In this document: one piece after another, positions 53,640 to 63,977 of the stretch
Numbering within the stretch: the stretch's first letter is position 1
Layout of the letters: the number at the start of each line of letters is the position of its first letter
Assembly: GCA_973895155.1 (NCBI GenBank)
Contig: OZ316896.1
Span: forward strand, 10,737,525-10,801,524
Direction: 5' to 3'
DNA length: 64,000 nucleotides
Source of the DNA: Marsupella aquatica
Taxonomy: Eukaryota; Plantae; Marchantiophyta
Notes under the pieces: generated by a model
Told to the model about the DNA's origin: nothing
What the model saw: the letters and a program-made list of their open reading frames with translations, nothing else
Database searches by the model: none
Program-made: the position numbers and the translations under genes

Positions 53640-54368
53640 TTAATCTGATCTCATGTTGACTATTATTTTGGAAGCGTCCAAAATTGGGCGTTTGTTAAAT
53701 TGCTCTACTAGATATCTATCTCCATGCCTCTGAATCACAGGGTCTTCCCATAGAGTATGATTATAATCATAATCTCTAAAAATAGATTTAACTGACCAAT
53801 CTGGATAATCTCTTCCATTGGCAATGACAAGCGGCTCACAAGAGTTTGCTAGCTTGCTAAGATACGGAATCAGCAAGTTAATCAGGAAACTATCGTCGAC
53901 CGACCCAAAATATTTGGGCGGAAATAATGATCCAACAACAGGATCTAAACAAGCATGAAATGCATTGGATTCGATAAGCATTATATTTTGCTGCAGATAC
54001 GCCTTCGTATAAATTCAAACCTTCTCAAAACACTTCAAAAATATCCGCTTATTTGATGTCACCCCATCGCATAAGTAACAATGAGACTGATCCCAAATAT
54101 ACTTAAATGAGGCCATTTCTATCACAGTAAAAATAGATGCTAAAATCTGATCTAAATGGTTCTTCCCAAGAGAGGACCAGATCCCTACATCGAAATTCTC
54201 AAAACAGAATCTCAAGAATTCGTGAAGATGAGGCCTTGGAAAAACGTATATATTCCCAATCCGAATTCCAGTTGAGACCGCCATCAGTTGGGAATGCAGT
54301 GCACTGTAACAGAGTAGATGCTCCACGTCTAAAACTAAGAGCCCATTTTCTCTGCTGCAATGAATCTC
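53640..54368 (-). pseudogene. FCP1/NIF-like HAD phosphatase domain (copy 3)
   Basis: LLVLDVEHLLC…RPHLHEFLRFCFENFDVGIWSS…YIWDQSHC…FLK…NIMLIES…DDSFL…LIPYL. In-frame TGA at 54015 and a frameshift near the 5' end. Preceded by the acceptor tctctatag. Confidence 0.8.
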
Positions 54369-54454
54369 CTATAGAGAAACACAAGAAGATGCATGAGCCC
54401 GTATGGATGTAGTCACGCGAATGGTCGCGTCACATATTACAGAGAAAACATCCT

Positions 54455-55161
54455 CTACACTCTGGCCATTGATAAGTGACGTCTGTTGAAGTGCTTGATA
54501 AGAACTTGATCCGCATGTCTCTACACGTACAGATGCTCCCATATATCCTCGTTCAGATCCCAATCTCGATGTAGATTTCTAATCGACCAGATGGGATAAT
54601 CAAACTTGTTAGCGAACGCAAGACAAAGCCCTGAATTTGATAGCTTTCGTAAATATGGAATGAGGTCATCCCTCAAAAAGACATCATCCAACGATCCTTG
54701 AAACGACTTAGCGAACAATAATCCGCATACAGCTGTCTGGCATGTATGGGAAGGACAGGCATCAATCTGGATTATATTCTCTGGTCGATAATCTTGAAAA
54801 TATCACGTAGTCTCTCGATAGATTTGAAGACAATAGTCTTATAATTTTTTTTCACATAACCAAGATTCCAGCAATGATCCCGCGTGAACACATATATCAG
54901 CTGCGACAGGTCGGTGCTCGACAACACTTCTGAAAGTATCTGATAAACCAGTTTATCGTCGAGAATAGACCAGACCATCACATCAAAATGATCATAACAG
55001 AATTTTATAAGATCATGAAGATGCGGCCTCGAAACGACACATAGAGATCCGATACGAATTCCGGGTGTCGACTTGAGCTGAGGAGTATATTTTGAAACAG
55101 AGCACAGGAAGTTTTCCAGTCCTAAAACTAGAAGTTTACGCGACCTGCTCCACTTAGACAC
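54455..55161 (-). pseudogene. FCP1/NIF-like HAD phosphatase domain (copy 2)
   Basis: KLLVLGLENFLC…RPHLHDLIKFCYDHFDVMVWS…VFTRDHC…FKSI. Frameshift near 54790 into ENIIQIDA…DDVFLRDDLIPYLRKL. TAG at 54521, after which homology to copy 3 continues. Confidence 0.8.
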
Positions 55162-55286
55162 CTGTAAATGAACAATTCGATTCTCATATTATGCAATTGC
55201 AAACAACCACGCGACCCGGCGCGTCACTCCCAAAAGTTCAATTTCAATCAATTTATAAATAATAATTGATAATAAACAATAAACGT

Positions 55287-55880
55287 TTACTTATTGGACT
55301 TATCCCGGGCTTCTATAGCACGGTCTTTTTTGGCAGATAAGTATTTCATAAATTCGTCAAACTTTTCTAAATGGTCTTTATTCCCCTGATTACGAATGAT
55401 CACGTTTCTCCTCCAAAGATTCGTCTTATCAATATAATCTTTCTCAAGATTTTCTTGAGAGAACATTGGAATCCCATATCCACTAAGGAGCTCGCGGAAT
55501 GTCAACTTGTCAATTGACATGTCACATAGATATGGATATAGTTTCTTTCTAAAAAATAGGTCATCATCGAGCCCAGAATATGCATCGGGATACATCGATG
55601 AATAGAAGTCATTAAGGCTCGTCTTATATGCAGCGTCATCGATAAGAATGACATTCTCGATGTTGTAATCTTTAATATCGGCGACAATGTTCGAGAGACA
55701 TTTGACAAATAAAGGGATGTCATTATTATTCTTCCCAATAAGTCGAGTTGATTCTTGTCCCCATATAAATTTAATACATTTCAAAACTTCGGGTCAAAGT
55801 ATCAGCCTTACACAAGATAGAATATTCAGTTTGAACATGCACGACCAGATCGCAATGTCGTATAGATCTGCCACCTGGGA
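55287..55880 (-). pseudogene. FCP1/NIF-like HAD phosphatase domain (copy 1, 5'-truncated)
   Basis: YDIAIWS…(TGA 55794)…FIWGQE…FVKCLS…NVILIDDAAYKTSLN…DDDLFFRKKLYPYL. The N-terminal DxD segment is missing. Confidence 0.75.
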
Positions 55881-56112
55881 TTAGGCGCCATCTGTACCTG
55901 TGATTTTTGTGCTGCAGGGTTTGGAGAACGTACTAGAACGGTCTGTTTGTTTCTCGCCTCCGGACGATCACCGGACTTCCGGACTGGTGCCTTCGATACT
56001 CGATCAGGGGGTTTTGGGATAGGCTCTTGTAAAACATTAAGAAATGAAAATAAGTTTATAACGCAAACGGTCGCGTGACTACAAAGAGAGATACTGAAAT
56101 GAAGTGTATTAC

Positions 56113-56901
56113 CTGTACAAGACGGTCGTTCAGTGCTGGAATTCCACCAAAAATGTCAATCATAGCAGCATGGATCCCGGTAACTAGGTTACTTGCGGAC
56201 GTCAGCTTGCGGAAGTCCATGTCAAATAACGACAAGACTATCTCCCTACGGAATTTCTCAATTTAATCCGCGGCTAAATTAATTCCGTTTCCTTGACACA
56301 AGCACTTGGCGTATCTCAAGATAAACACACCACAACTATGGTCGTCACTCTGGTGAGGAATATCATTCCGATATATCCGTTCCCAACCTGAGAGATCCAA
56401 GTTGACACCAGTTCTCCAGCCAATTTTGTCGGCGTAGTACTTCCCAACAATATCTAGCACCCCAGGATTTTGTCGATTATGAACTAGAGAATCTAGGTAC
56501 TCCAGCCGTTTCTCCTTCGGATACAAGACTACCAATGACCAATGTTCTTTCACAGCATTGTGTACTGGAAAGACCAGTTTCTCGTATTCACTGATTTTTA
56601 GCGGAAACTCCTTTGTCCAAGCTACTCTCTCCTCGTCGAAAATGGTAGGATCCATGGAGAGAAGCTCAAAATGGTGTGTTTGGAAGAATTTGACAAGGTC
56701 TAACTTTCCAACTCTATCGAGAATCAGTTCGAGAAAACTCAAATAAGCGTTAATTATATCATCGGTGAGCAACTTGCGCGGTCTCAGACACATCATATGT
56801 TTCCTCTGGATCGAGTGTTGTAAGAACTTGGTCAATAGCTCTTCCATATCCTTAGAAGGATCAAGGCATTGATCTATTCGACTAGCCAAATTTTCAAAAA
56901 A
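56113..56901 (-). pseudogene. Ulp1/SENP (peptidase C48) domain, exon of the large gene
   Basis: LLTDDIINAYL, FPVH…EHWSLVV, YLDSL and PHQSDDHSCGVFIL: the His-Asp-Cys triad and oxyanion Gln are present. An in-frame TAA at 56263 is followed by IEKFRREIV. Exon is bounded by cag|ttt and cag|gtaata. Confidence 0.9.
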
Positions 56902-57919
56902 CTGCAAAAAATAGAGATTTCAGTACGCCTTCAAATAACGTACTGAGGTTGTAGCCTAAGGGTTGTAGCCTCAGAAAACAGAAACAATAACAGATCAATA
57001 ATAAAATAATGACGTCTATAATAGAAACTTTAAGCTTATAGCTTGCGAATGACCTTTGGATTGGGTGGATCCGGCCTTTTCGCAGCTGATCTCTTGGGTG
57101 CCTCAATCGCAACAACATCCTTCAGCCCTCCTCGAGACCGCAGTGATCGCTCCACCTGACCAGTTTGCGAAGGTTGGAGCGATGAGGCGGGAAGACCTTC
57201 AAATGGTTGTGGCATTTGATTCAAATATTCCACAATCTGGGAATCCGATTCCAAAATATCCGCTGCCACAATTTCTGCGCGAGTCATCTCTGCAATATAT
57301 CGGGGTCGAGACCACGAACCCGGTCGGGTCAAGTCAGCTGTTAGTCTCTTAACGACTTGAGCCGAGTCTGGTGCCAAAAACGTTCCCATGTCTTGCACTC
57401 GATTCTCGGAAAAGCGGACATTATTGATGATTGTCTCCATTCTGGATGCAGTGGCAGTCTTCTCCTCGGTAATCAAAAGACCCTTCCAATATTGCAAAGC
57501 AAGGACTGCTTGGACTCGGAGCTGCTCCAGTGAATATTTATTCCAATCATCCAACGAGACCGTACTTAAGGGTGGATCATTAAATTCAAACTTCGGGTGA
57601 AGAAAATAGTCTAATATTTTCTTCTTAACTGCAACTGAGGGTGAAGAAGGCTTCTTCAAATTCAGCCTTATTTTTGGTAGATGTTGTGCCTCAGGATTAA
57701 GCGAAAGATCCTTGGCCCTCTCGGCCTCCTTCCTCGCTGCCTCCAGTCTTGCGGCTTCTTCTCTCTCCAGTCTTGTGGAATCGACCTTTTCCGCCTCCAA
57801 CTTCTCTACCTCCACCCTCTTTGGTCTTGCGGTCTCGTCCGCCATCCTCTCGGCCAGCAGCCTCTCAGCCGCCACACTCTCCGCCTTGGCCCTATTTTCC
57901 TCTGTCACTAAAAGGACTC

Positions 57920-58625
57920 TCGCAGCCTCCGCTTTCTCAGCCTGGGCTTTCTCAGCCTCAACATTCTCGGCCTCTACTTTCTCCGCCTGGGCTTTCTCAG
58001 CCTGGGCTTTCTCAGCCTGGGCTTTCTGAGCCTGGGCTTTCTAAGCCTGGGCTTTCTCGGCCTCCGCTTTCTCAGCCTCCGCTTTCTCAGCCTGGGCTTT
58101 CTGAGCCTGGGCTTTCTCAGCCTCCGCTTTCTCAGCCTCCGCTTTCTGAGCCTGGGCTTTCTGAGCCTGGGCTTCCTCAGCCTCCGCTTTCTCAGCCTGG
58201 GCTTTCTCAGCCTCCGCTTTCTCAGCCTGGGCTTTCTCAGCCTGGGCTTTCTCAACCTGGGCTTTCTCAGCCTGGGCTTTCTCGGCATCCGCTTTCTCCG
58301 CCTGGGCTTTCTTAGCCTGGGCTTTCTCAGCCTGGGCTTTCTCCTTCTTCTTCGCGGCAGTTGCTTTTCTAGTTGTTGCCTTTTTCTTCTTAACCTCCTT
58401 CTTTTGAAGCTCCTCTTGTCGGGCCGCCTCTTGTCGGGACGCCTTCTCTTGCCGGCCGCCTCCTTCTTTTGAAGCTCCTCTTGCCGGGCCGCCTCCTGCC
58501 GGGCCGCCTCCTTCTTTTGAAATTCCTCTTGCCGGGCCGCCTCCTGCCGGGCCTCCTCCAGCCTGGCCTCCTCCTGTCGGGCCGCCTCCTCTCTGGCCTT
58601 CTCCTGCCGAGCCGCCTCCTCTCGG
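57920..58625 (-). repeat. Coding tandem repeats: 15-bp (EKAQA/EKAEA)n and EAARQE(E) repeats
   Basis: More than 25 units of GAGAAAGC(C/G)(C/G)AGGCT at ~57920-58345. GAGGCGGCCCGGCA(A/G)GAG units at ~58400-58625. Confidence 0.95.
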
Positions 58626-61600
58626 TCCACCTCATGTCAAGGCTCCTGTGTGGCCTCTTCATCAGAGTCCTCAACGTCCTCGGAACCCTCCATCTCCTCG
58701 TCCTCTTCATCAGCGTCCTCAGCGTCCTTCATCTCCTCTCCGTCACTCTCTTCATCTCCTCTATTGTCGGAATCTCCGACGTCGTTCTGCGTATCGGTCA
58801 TCCACTCTGGATCTTGGTCATTGACATCCCCATCCGCATCACCTTCCGCGTCACCTTCCCTCTCACCATCCGCATCACCATTTCTCCCTGCATCCTCAAC
58901 ATTGAAGCCGCAGTCGACTTGATCTGAATAAAATCAGATCATTTGATAAGAATGACTCACGTGCATATTCGCGTGAAAAGAAATGTTATGAATGTCCACG
59001 CGCATGTTCGCGTGACGCAATAAAAAGTAAGAGGTTTCAAAAGTAACTTACCTTGGATTGGCCCACTAGGGTACTCCGTTGGTCGAATGTACAATCAATC
59101 GGAATCTTCAGAGAGTGCATACTCTTGCAATAATTGATTACAAATATTATCAGGGATATGTTGTTCGTGGAGGACATCCAAAACATCAGCCCTGAGAGCT
59201 GTTACGGATGGACGGTACTTCATTAATTTATCTATACATTTTTCTATACTAGCCCGTATTGGGTCAATCAATGACAGCATTGTATCAATTGTCGCCGTGG
59301 TGTGTTGCAAGAAACAAGACAACTCCCTATGCGTTGCCACAGGGCAGTAATATTTTACATTGGATTCAGCATCCTGTAAAAAAAGCCGAAATTAGTTCAC
59401 AATATTAATTGAGAATATAATAATCTAAATAATCTTAAAATCAAAACCCCAAAATATAAATCTCAAAACTTACCATTAAGCACTGGATCAAGTTCGTTCC
59501 CTCACCGAAGCATATAGCCCATTCCCCACATTGGACGAATTGACTAACAATACTTTCAAAGAATGGAAGTATCTTTTCTGGGGAAGGTGTCGTGAACTCG
59601 CCACTCTCTTCAAAATTGGCTATCTTCTCAATCTGATATTTGGAGACCAATTGGAACTCGAGGGCTTGTGGATCGCCCATTGTGCTGAAGGCCAAGCTGT
59701 GAAAAGCGTAGGTTACAATAAGCTTCTTCTCCTTCGGTCGCTTCTAAATATGATGGCTATCGATAGCAACGTAGTGTGTGTACTTCCCTAATTCTCGTTT
59801 GATTAAGTAAGACTCAACGGGAGAGGCTACAATAATAACCACATGGTGTGGTTTTGTCCCTATCTCGCTAGTAGCACGAAATAACCCCTCATAGAATGAG
59901 CAATTTGGCGGACGCAAATCTCCCATTGATGAGGGATCAAAATAAATCAAGCTCACAAAGTTCTTGTCTTTACGTATGATACAGTCTGCAAACCCAGCAT
60001 TTTGTATATCCTGCAAGGATCACAATTTCAGCCTCTCACCGACCGGCCGCACTAGTTGGTTTCCTTGACTATCAACTGATTTCTGTATTCCTTCGACCAA
60101 CCTGTAGAATATAGGGTCGATCTCCTTCAACAAATTATCATTACTAATATTTACATTTAAGCACTTCTTCAGATAACCACTCAACGCATCTCTCAACTGC
60201 TTCAGCACCATCTTGTCGAGCTTAAAGCGATCAATCATTCCTTTGACCCGCAATTTCCGCGTTGAATCTGTCAGAATTTTCAGCTCCGTCCGGGTGGATG
60301 TTTCCCCGTTGATTTTACTCAATAATAAAATCTCAAACTCAACTTTCATCTTCTTCTTTATACAGAATTGCTCCAAACTCATGCTGGTCGTTGACAACAC
60401 TGGAGCCTCAGAGGACTTCCTCGCCTTCCCAGATTTCACTTTGATGCTTCGGTTTTTGAGTATAGACAGTCTTCCGCTCAACATATATTCCGCTGCCTTT
60501 CAAAGAACCGAGTCTGAGCACCCTTGACAAGAACGGAATGTCATCTTCAAAAGATGATAAGCACACGGATTATCCGCAATTTTGACGGCGTCCCTCTGTA
60601 AAATTCCGTTGTAAATTACAAGCTCTCCTGTCCTTGATAGTTTGTAGACCTCCATCCACTTCTTGAATGTTTTGTCCTCCATTGTAAAGAGAAACGGAGC
60701 CAATTCTCCAAATTTCATCATTTTGTTCTTCCCCATTTGAGCCCATGGGCAAACAAAACTCGTAGCTCTCATAAATACCTGAAAAACAATGGAAACATGA
60801 CAATTTAAGCTTGACGCGACCGTTTGCATGACAAAAGTTTATACGATAATGTGATCGAAGAGGGTTATTTATATACCTTCCAATTTGGATGATGATAATG
60901 TGATCCAGGCCGCCCAAATGAGTTCCAGATATTACGACACTGTCGTACAATGGTGAGAAACTGTCCTTCTTCCATTGATGTTTGATGACAATGGTTCAGA
61001 GCTTTCGATAATCCCATCAAATGAACATTATTGTCGTTGTTGAGCGTTGCCCAAAACATTACAGCTTCTACAGTACCGCAAGCGTCTCGTACAACTTGGT
61101 TGACTTTGTCGTCCTCTCTCAGCAATTTGTACGCCATTATTGTGTGCTGGCCTCTGAGTATCCAAAAATGACTGGTCATAATGTCCTCCTCCTTTGGCAA
61201 TGAATCGTAGGGCGTCCCATTGTAGTCGGGATCTCTGTCGGCCTCCGACTGAACCCACTTCACAGGGACTAAAAAGCAGCATCGCTTCTCGAAGTTTATA
61301 GCCGAATGAGAGAGGAGTGAATTCTTTAGCCTATCTGTGTAATCCTGATTCCACTCTCGGCACTTGATGTGGTCCGGTGCAAGATGACAACGTGATGTCT
61401 CAACAAAAAATGACTTGCTGTTAAATATATTCACAACACTATATTCTTTGAGGAAAGAATCGAACAGAGCCCCAACATTTGCTGAGGTAATTACTTTCGG
61501 AAGATTCTCCGTCGAGTATACTTCAACCTTGCTCACTGGCGGGGCCTTACCCAAGCGAAATCCCTGGTTGAAAGGAACTCTCTGGAACTCAAGTACGTCC

Positions 61601-61951
61601 ATAATGTATTGACAAATCAAATCTCCCGTTGATGCCTCTGGATCGGAAGGATATCCCACACTAGTAACCTTTTCCAAGGCGTGCCTTGCACCTAGAAGAT
61701 CATTGATTCTGGGCTGATTGAAGGTTACATATTGCGTTCAATCCAAACAAATGCTTATTTTGTCTTCCTGCTGGTCGTCGCTGACTAGCAGAACCAATCC
61801 CTCTGTACACTCTTTAACTTTCATGTTCTTCTCAAAGAAACACCCGAGAATTTTTTATCTCTCCAAAACTGTAGCTTTATCATTTCTTGCCACCACAAGA
61901 CGGACAGCCCCATTGCGAACGACTATTCCAAAATCGGATATCTCAGTCGAT

Positions 61952-62458
61952 TCAAAGAGATGGATACTCTTTTTCATCTAACCAAAACCAAAGGTTCCTA
62001 AACGTGTCAAGTTCAGATCCTTCAAATCCACCCAGAATGTCCAGCGGTGGGAGAGTTCTGATGGATTCTGTAAATCCTAATGCTACACTCCGTGAAGTCA
62101 AATGCCTTCGAAGCGATTCATATCCTGGTCTATCAGTGAAGTCGTAAGCTACCAAGGTGACCGTCGCCCAAGTACTACTATAAGTAACTATGTGGCACCA
62201 CTTCTTACTGACTGTTCGAATGGTGATCAAGTCCATGACCCGATTTTTAATCGTAGTATCCGACAAATTCCCAAGATAGTGGAAAAACTCTTTGACTAAT
62301 GGCCAAATATATTTCTCGACAATATCGTCCGGAAGACCGGGTATCAGGTCTTCAGCTTGACTCCATATCATGTTTCGGTTCATAACCTTTGCACGTGCAA
62401 TGCGCTCCATCATCATTTGACGATGAGATTTTTGATTCATGTCAAAGGATTGCAGCAT
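61952..62458 (-). CDS. F-box-like protein (tandem copy 3)
   Basis: LIPGLPDDIVEKYIWP…LITIRTVSKKWCHIV…W. Uninterrupted 168-aa ORF. Confidence 0.75.
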   Translation of the reverse strand: MLQSFDMNQKSHRQMMMERIARAKVMNRNMIWSQAEDLIPGLPDDIVEKYIWPLVKEFFHYLGNLSDTTIKNRVMDLITIRTVSKKWCHIVTYSSTWATVTLVAYDFTDRPGYESLRRHLTSRSVALGFTESIRTLPPLDILGGFEGSELDTFRNLWFWLDEKEYPSL

Positions 62459-62492
62459 AATATGGAAAAGATTAAGAACAAGAACCTATCCA

Positions 62493-63059
62493 TTAAGAAC
62501 TTGGACCACCAAGATTCTGAGAAAATCTACCAAACCTTTCGATTAGGACATCTCGTTCTTCCTCATCTAAATTGTTATATTTGTTCGTAAACAATGCGAT
62601 TTCGTCAGAAGTAGTAGTCCCAAGAACAGATATTTCTGGAAGCATAGAAATATCCTGTCGAATAACTCGACAGACTGAGTCAAACTCCAACTCGTCAGTT
62701 TCGGGTATGTCGTAAAGAGCATCATTTGCGACATCGACAATCCGGTTTGCTTGTTTGAGGATAGCCCATAACTTTGTATTTGTAACTAAAAAGTTCCACT
62801 TCTTGCTACAAGCTCCAAGCCGAATAAGGTCTCGGACCCTATCGATAACCAAATTGTTATCGAGGTGTCGATATCCACGCAATCTTTCAATTGAAATAAA
62901 GTGTTCATAGAGTATTGGCCAAATGTTTGAAATGACCAAAACATCTGGTATTCCTCCAATGAGACTAGAGGAGGTTTCATCCAGCGTATCCCATATTGTT
63001 TTCTGTTTCTTTTCATGAGTTGAAAGGAAATCTTGAGCCTCATTCAAAAGTTGGCTCAT
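62493..63059 (-). CDS. F-box-like protein (tandem copy 2)
   Basis: LIGGIPDVLVISNIWP…LIRLGACSKKWNFLV…LW. Uninterrupted 188-aa ORF. Confidence 0.75.
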   Translation of the reverse strand: MSQLLNEAQDFLSTHEKKQKTIWDTLDETSSSLIGGIPDVLVISNIWPILYEHFISIERLRGYRHLDNNLVIDRVRDLIRLGACSKKWNFLVTNTKLWAILKQANRIVDVANDALYDIPETDELEFDSVCRVIRQDISMLPEISVLGTTTSDEIALFTNKYNNLDEEERDVLIERFGRFSQNLGGPSS

Positions 63060-63124
63060 CCTGCTTTTATCATATCACAAAACATTGTTAGAAGACATAC
63101 GACGCGCTTGGTCACGTAAGTTAA

Positions 63125-63676
63125 CTAGAATTCCTTAAAAGCATAGATGTCACCCTCAAGGTATCCAACTTCGTGGCATCTGATTGTAAATTTCCATTTT
63201 TCAAGAGGGTGAAGAGCATCGTAAGTCTTTGTGAAGAGTTCCCTAAGATCTCTGGACATTGACCCCATGAATTTAATTCTTGGGTATTTTTGGAAGAAAC
63301 TTTGAACTGTCGATGAGAGAGACTCATTTCCGATCGGTTTAGTAGGATTTCCTGGGAAAGCCAAATCTAATAAACTCAACTTGATTACACCCAGAAGATA
63401 GGTATTCCCAACAAGGTGACGCCATCTGCGACACACCGAAGATAGTCCTACAAACTCATCCAATTCCTTTATTGAGAAATTTCCTGCATTAGCCGAGGAA
63501 TTAAAAGTCTCCTGGATCCGAGGCCATATCAATTCCGCGACAATGAAATCTGGAAGTCCAGGTAGTAGTGTTTCAATAAATACAGAATATCCCGCCAGTA
63601 GACCATCTTGGCTTCTGTCCAAAACGTCAAATATTGGGCATAGATATCTGAAGCTCTTCAGACCAGGTTTGCCCAT
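63125..63676 (-). CDS. F-box-like protein (tandem copy 1)
   Basis: LLPGLPDFIVAELIWP…VGLSSVCRRWRHLV. Uninterrupted 183-aa ORF. Confidence 0.75.
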   Translation of the reverse strand: MGKPGLKSFRYLCPIFDVLDRSQDGLLAGYSVFIETLLPGLPDFIVAELIWPRIQETFNSSANAGNFSIKELDEFVGLSSVCRRWRHLVGNTYLLGVIKLSLLDLAFPGNPTKPIGNESLSSTVQSFFQKYPRIKFMGSMSRDLRELFTKTYDALHPLEKWKFTIRCHEVGYLEGDIYAFKEF

Positions 63677-63716
63677 GACTCTTTTCAGCCAAATGATATA
63701 TCCTAGAGATTATTTT

Positions 63717-63977
63717 CACGCGACTGGTCGCGTCTACAAATCAGAATGCATAAACAATTCTTTGAGAGACTAATTTTTTCGGGTCACAACGTGAAAAATC
63801 ATAAATGTTGCTTCGTCCTCTAACAGAACCAGTCAATGAGAGAGCAACCTCAGACGCGACTGGTCGCGTCAACTGAACCTAAACAACTATATCCACTGAA
63901 CCTTCTGTGGAGATTTGGATATGGTACGCGCTCAGTAAATCTATCCAGTTTCCTTCTCACACGCGACTGGTCGCGTC
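63717..63977. promoter_or_regulatory. Three copies of the dyad ACGCGACTGGTCGCGTC upstream of the cassette
   Basis: Identical 17-mer within 63717-63734, 63853-63870 and 63960-63977. A regulatory role is inferred. Confidence 0.6.

Larger units (their letters stand above)
56113..61977 (-). pseudogene. Large spliced multidomain gene: ParB/DGQHR-like, degenerate N6/N4-MTase-like, acidic, coiled-coil, Ulp1
   Basis: ATG at 61977. Phase-compatible GT-AG introns at 60876-60779, 59473-59374, 59051-58924 and 57053-56902. ORF-track fragments join in frame across single stops. Frameshifts near 59750-59790 and 58450. Confidence 0.7.

Noticed and set aside
57681-58927. Long ORFs such as (RLRKP)n, (PGLSQ)n and (SAWAF)n
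   Set aside because: These are shadow frames of the 15-bp repeat. The coherent frame is EKAQA on the minus strand.
54015-61857. Stops removed by U-to-C RNA editing or an alternative genetic code
   Set aside because: U-to-C editing is organellar, whereas this gene has spliceosomal introns and also frameshifts. All three stop types occur. Mutational decay is simpler.
63717-63977. Palindromic repeats as a mini-CRISPR
   Set aside because: The repeat is only 17-18 bp with unequal ~90-120 bp gaps, and the same dyad is dispersed in introns. It fits a protein-binding motif better.
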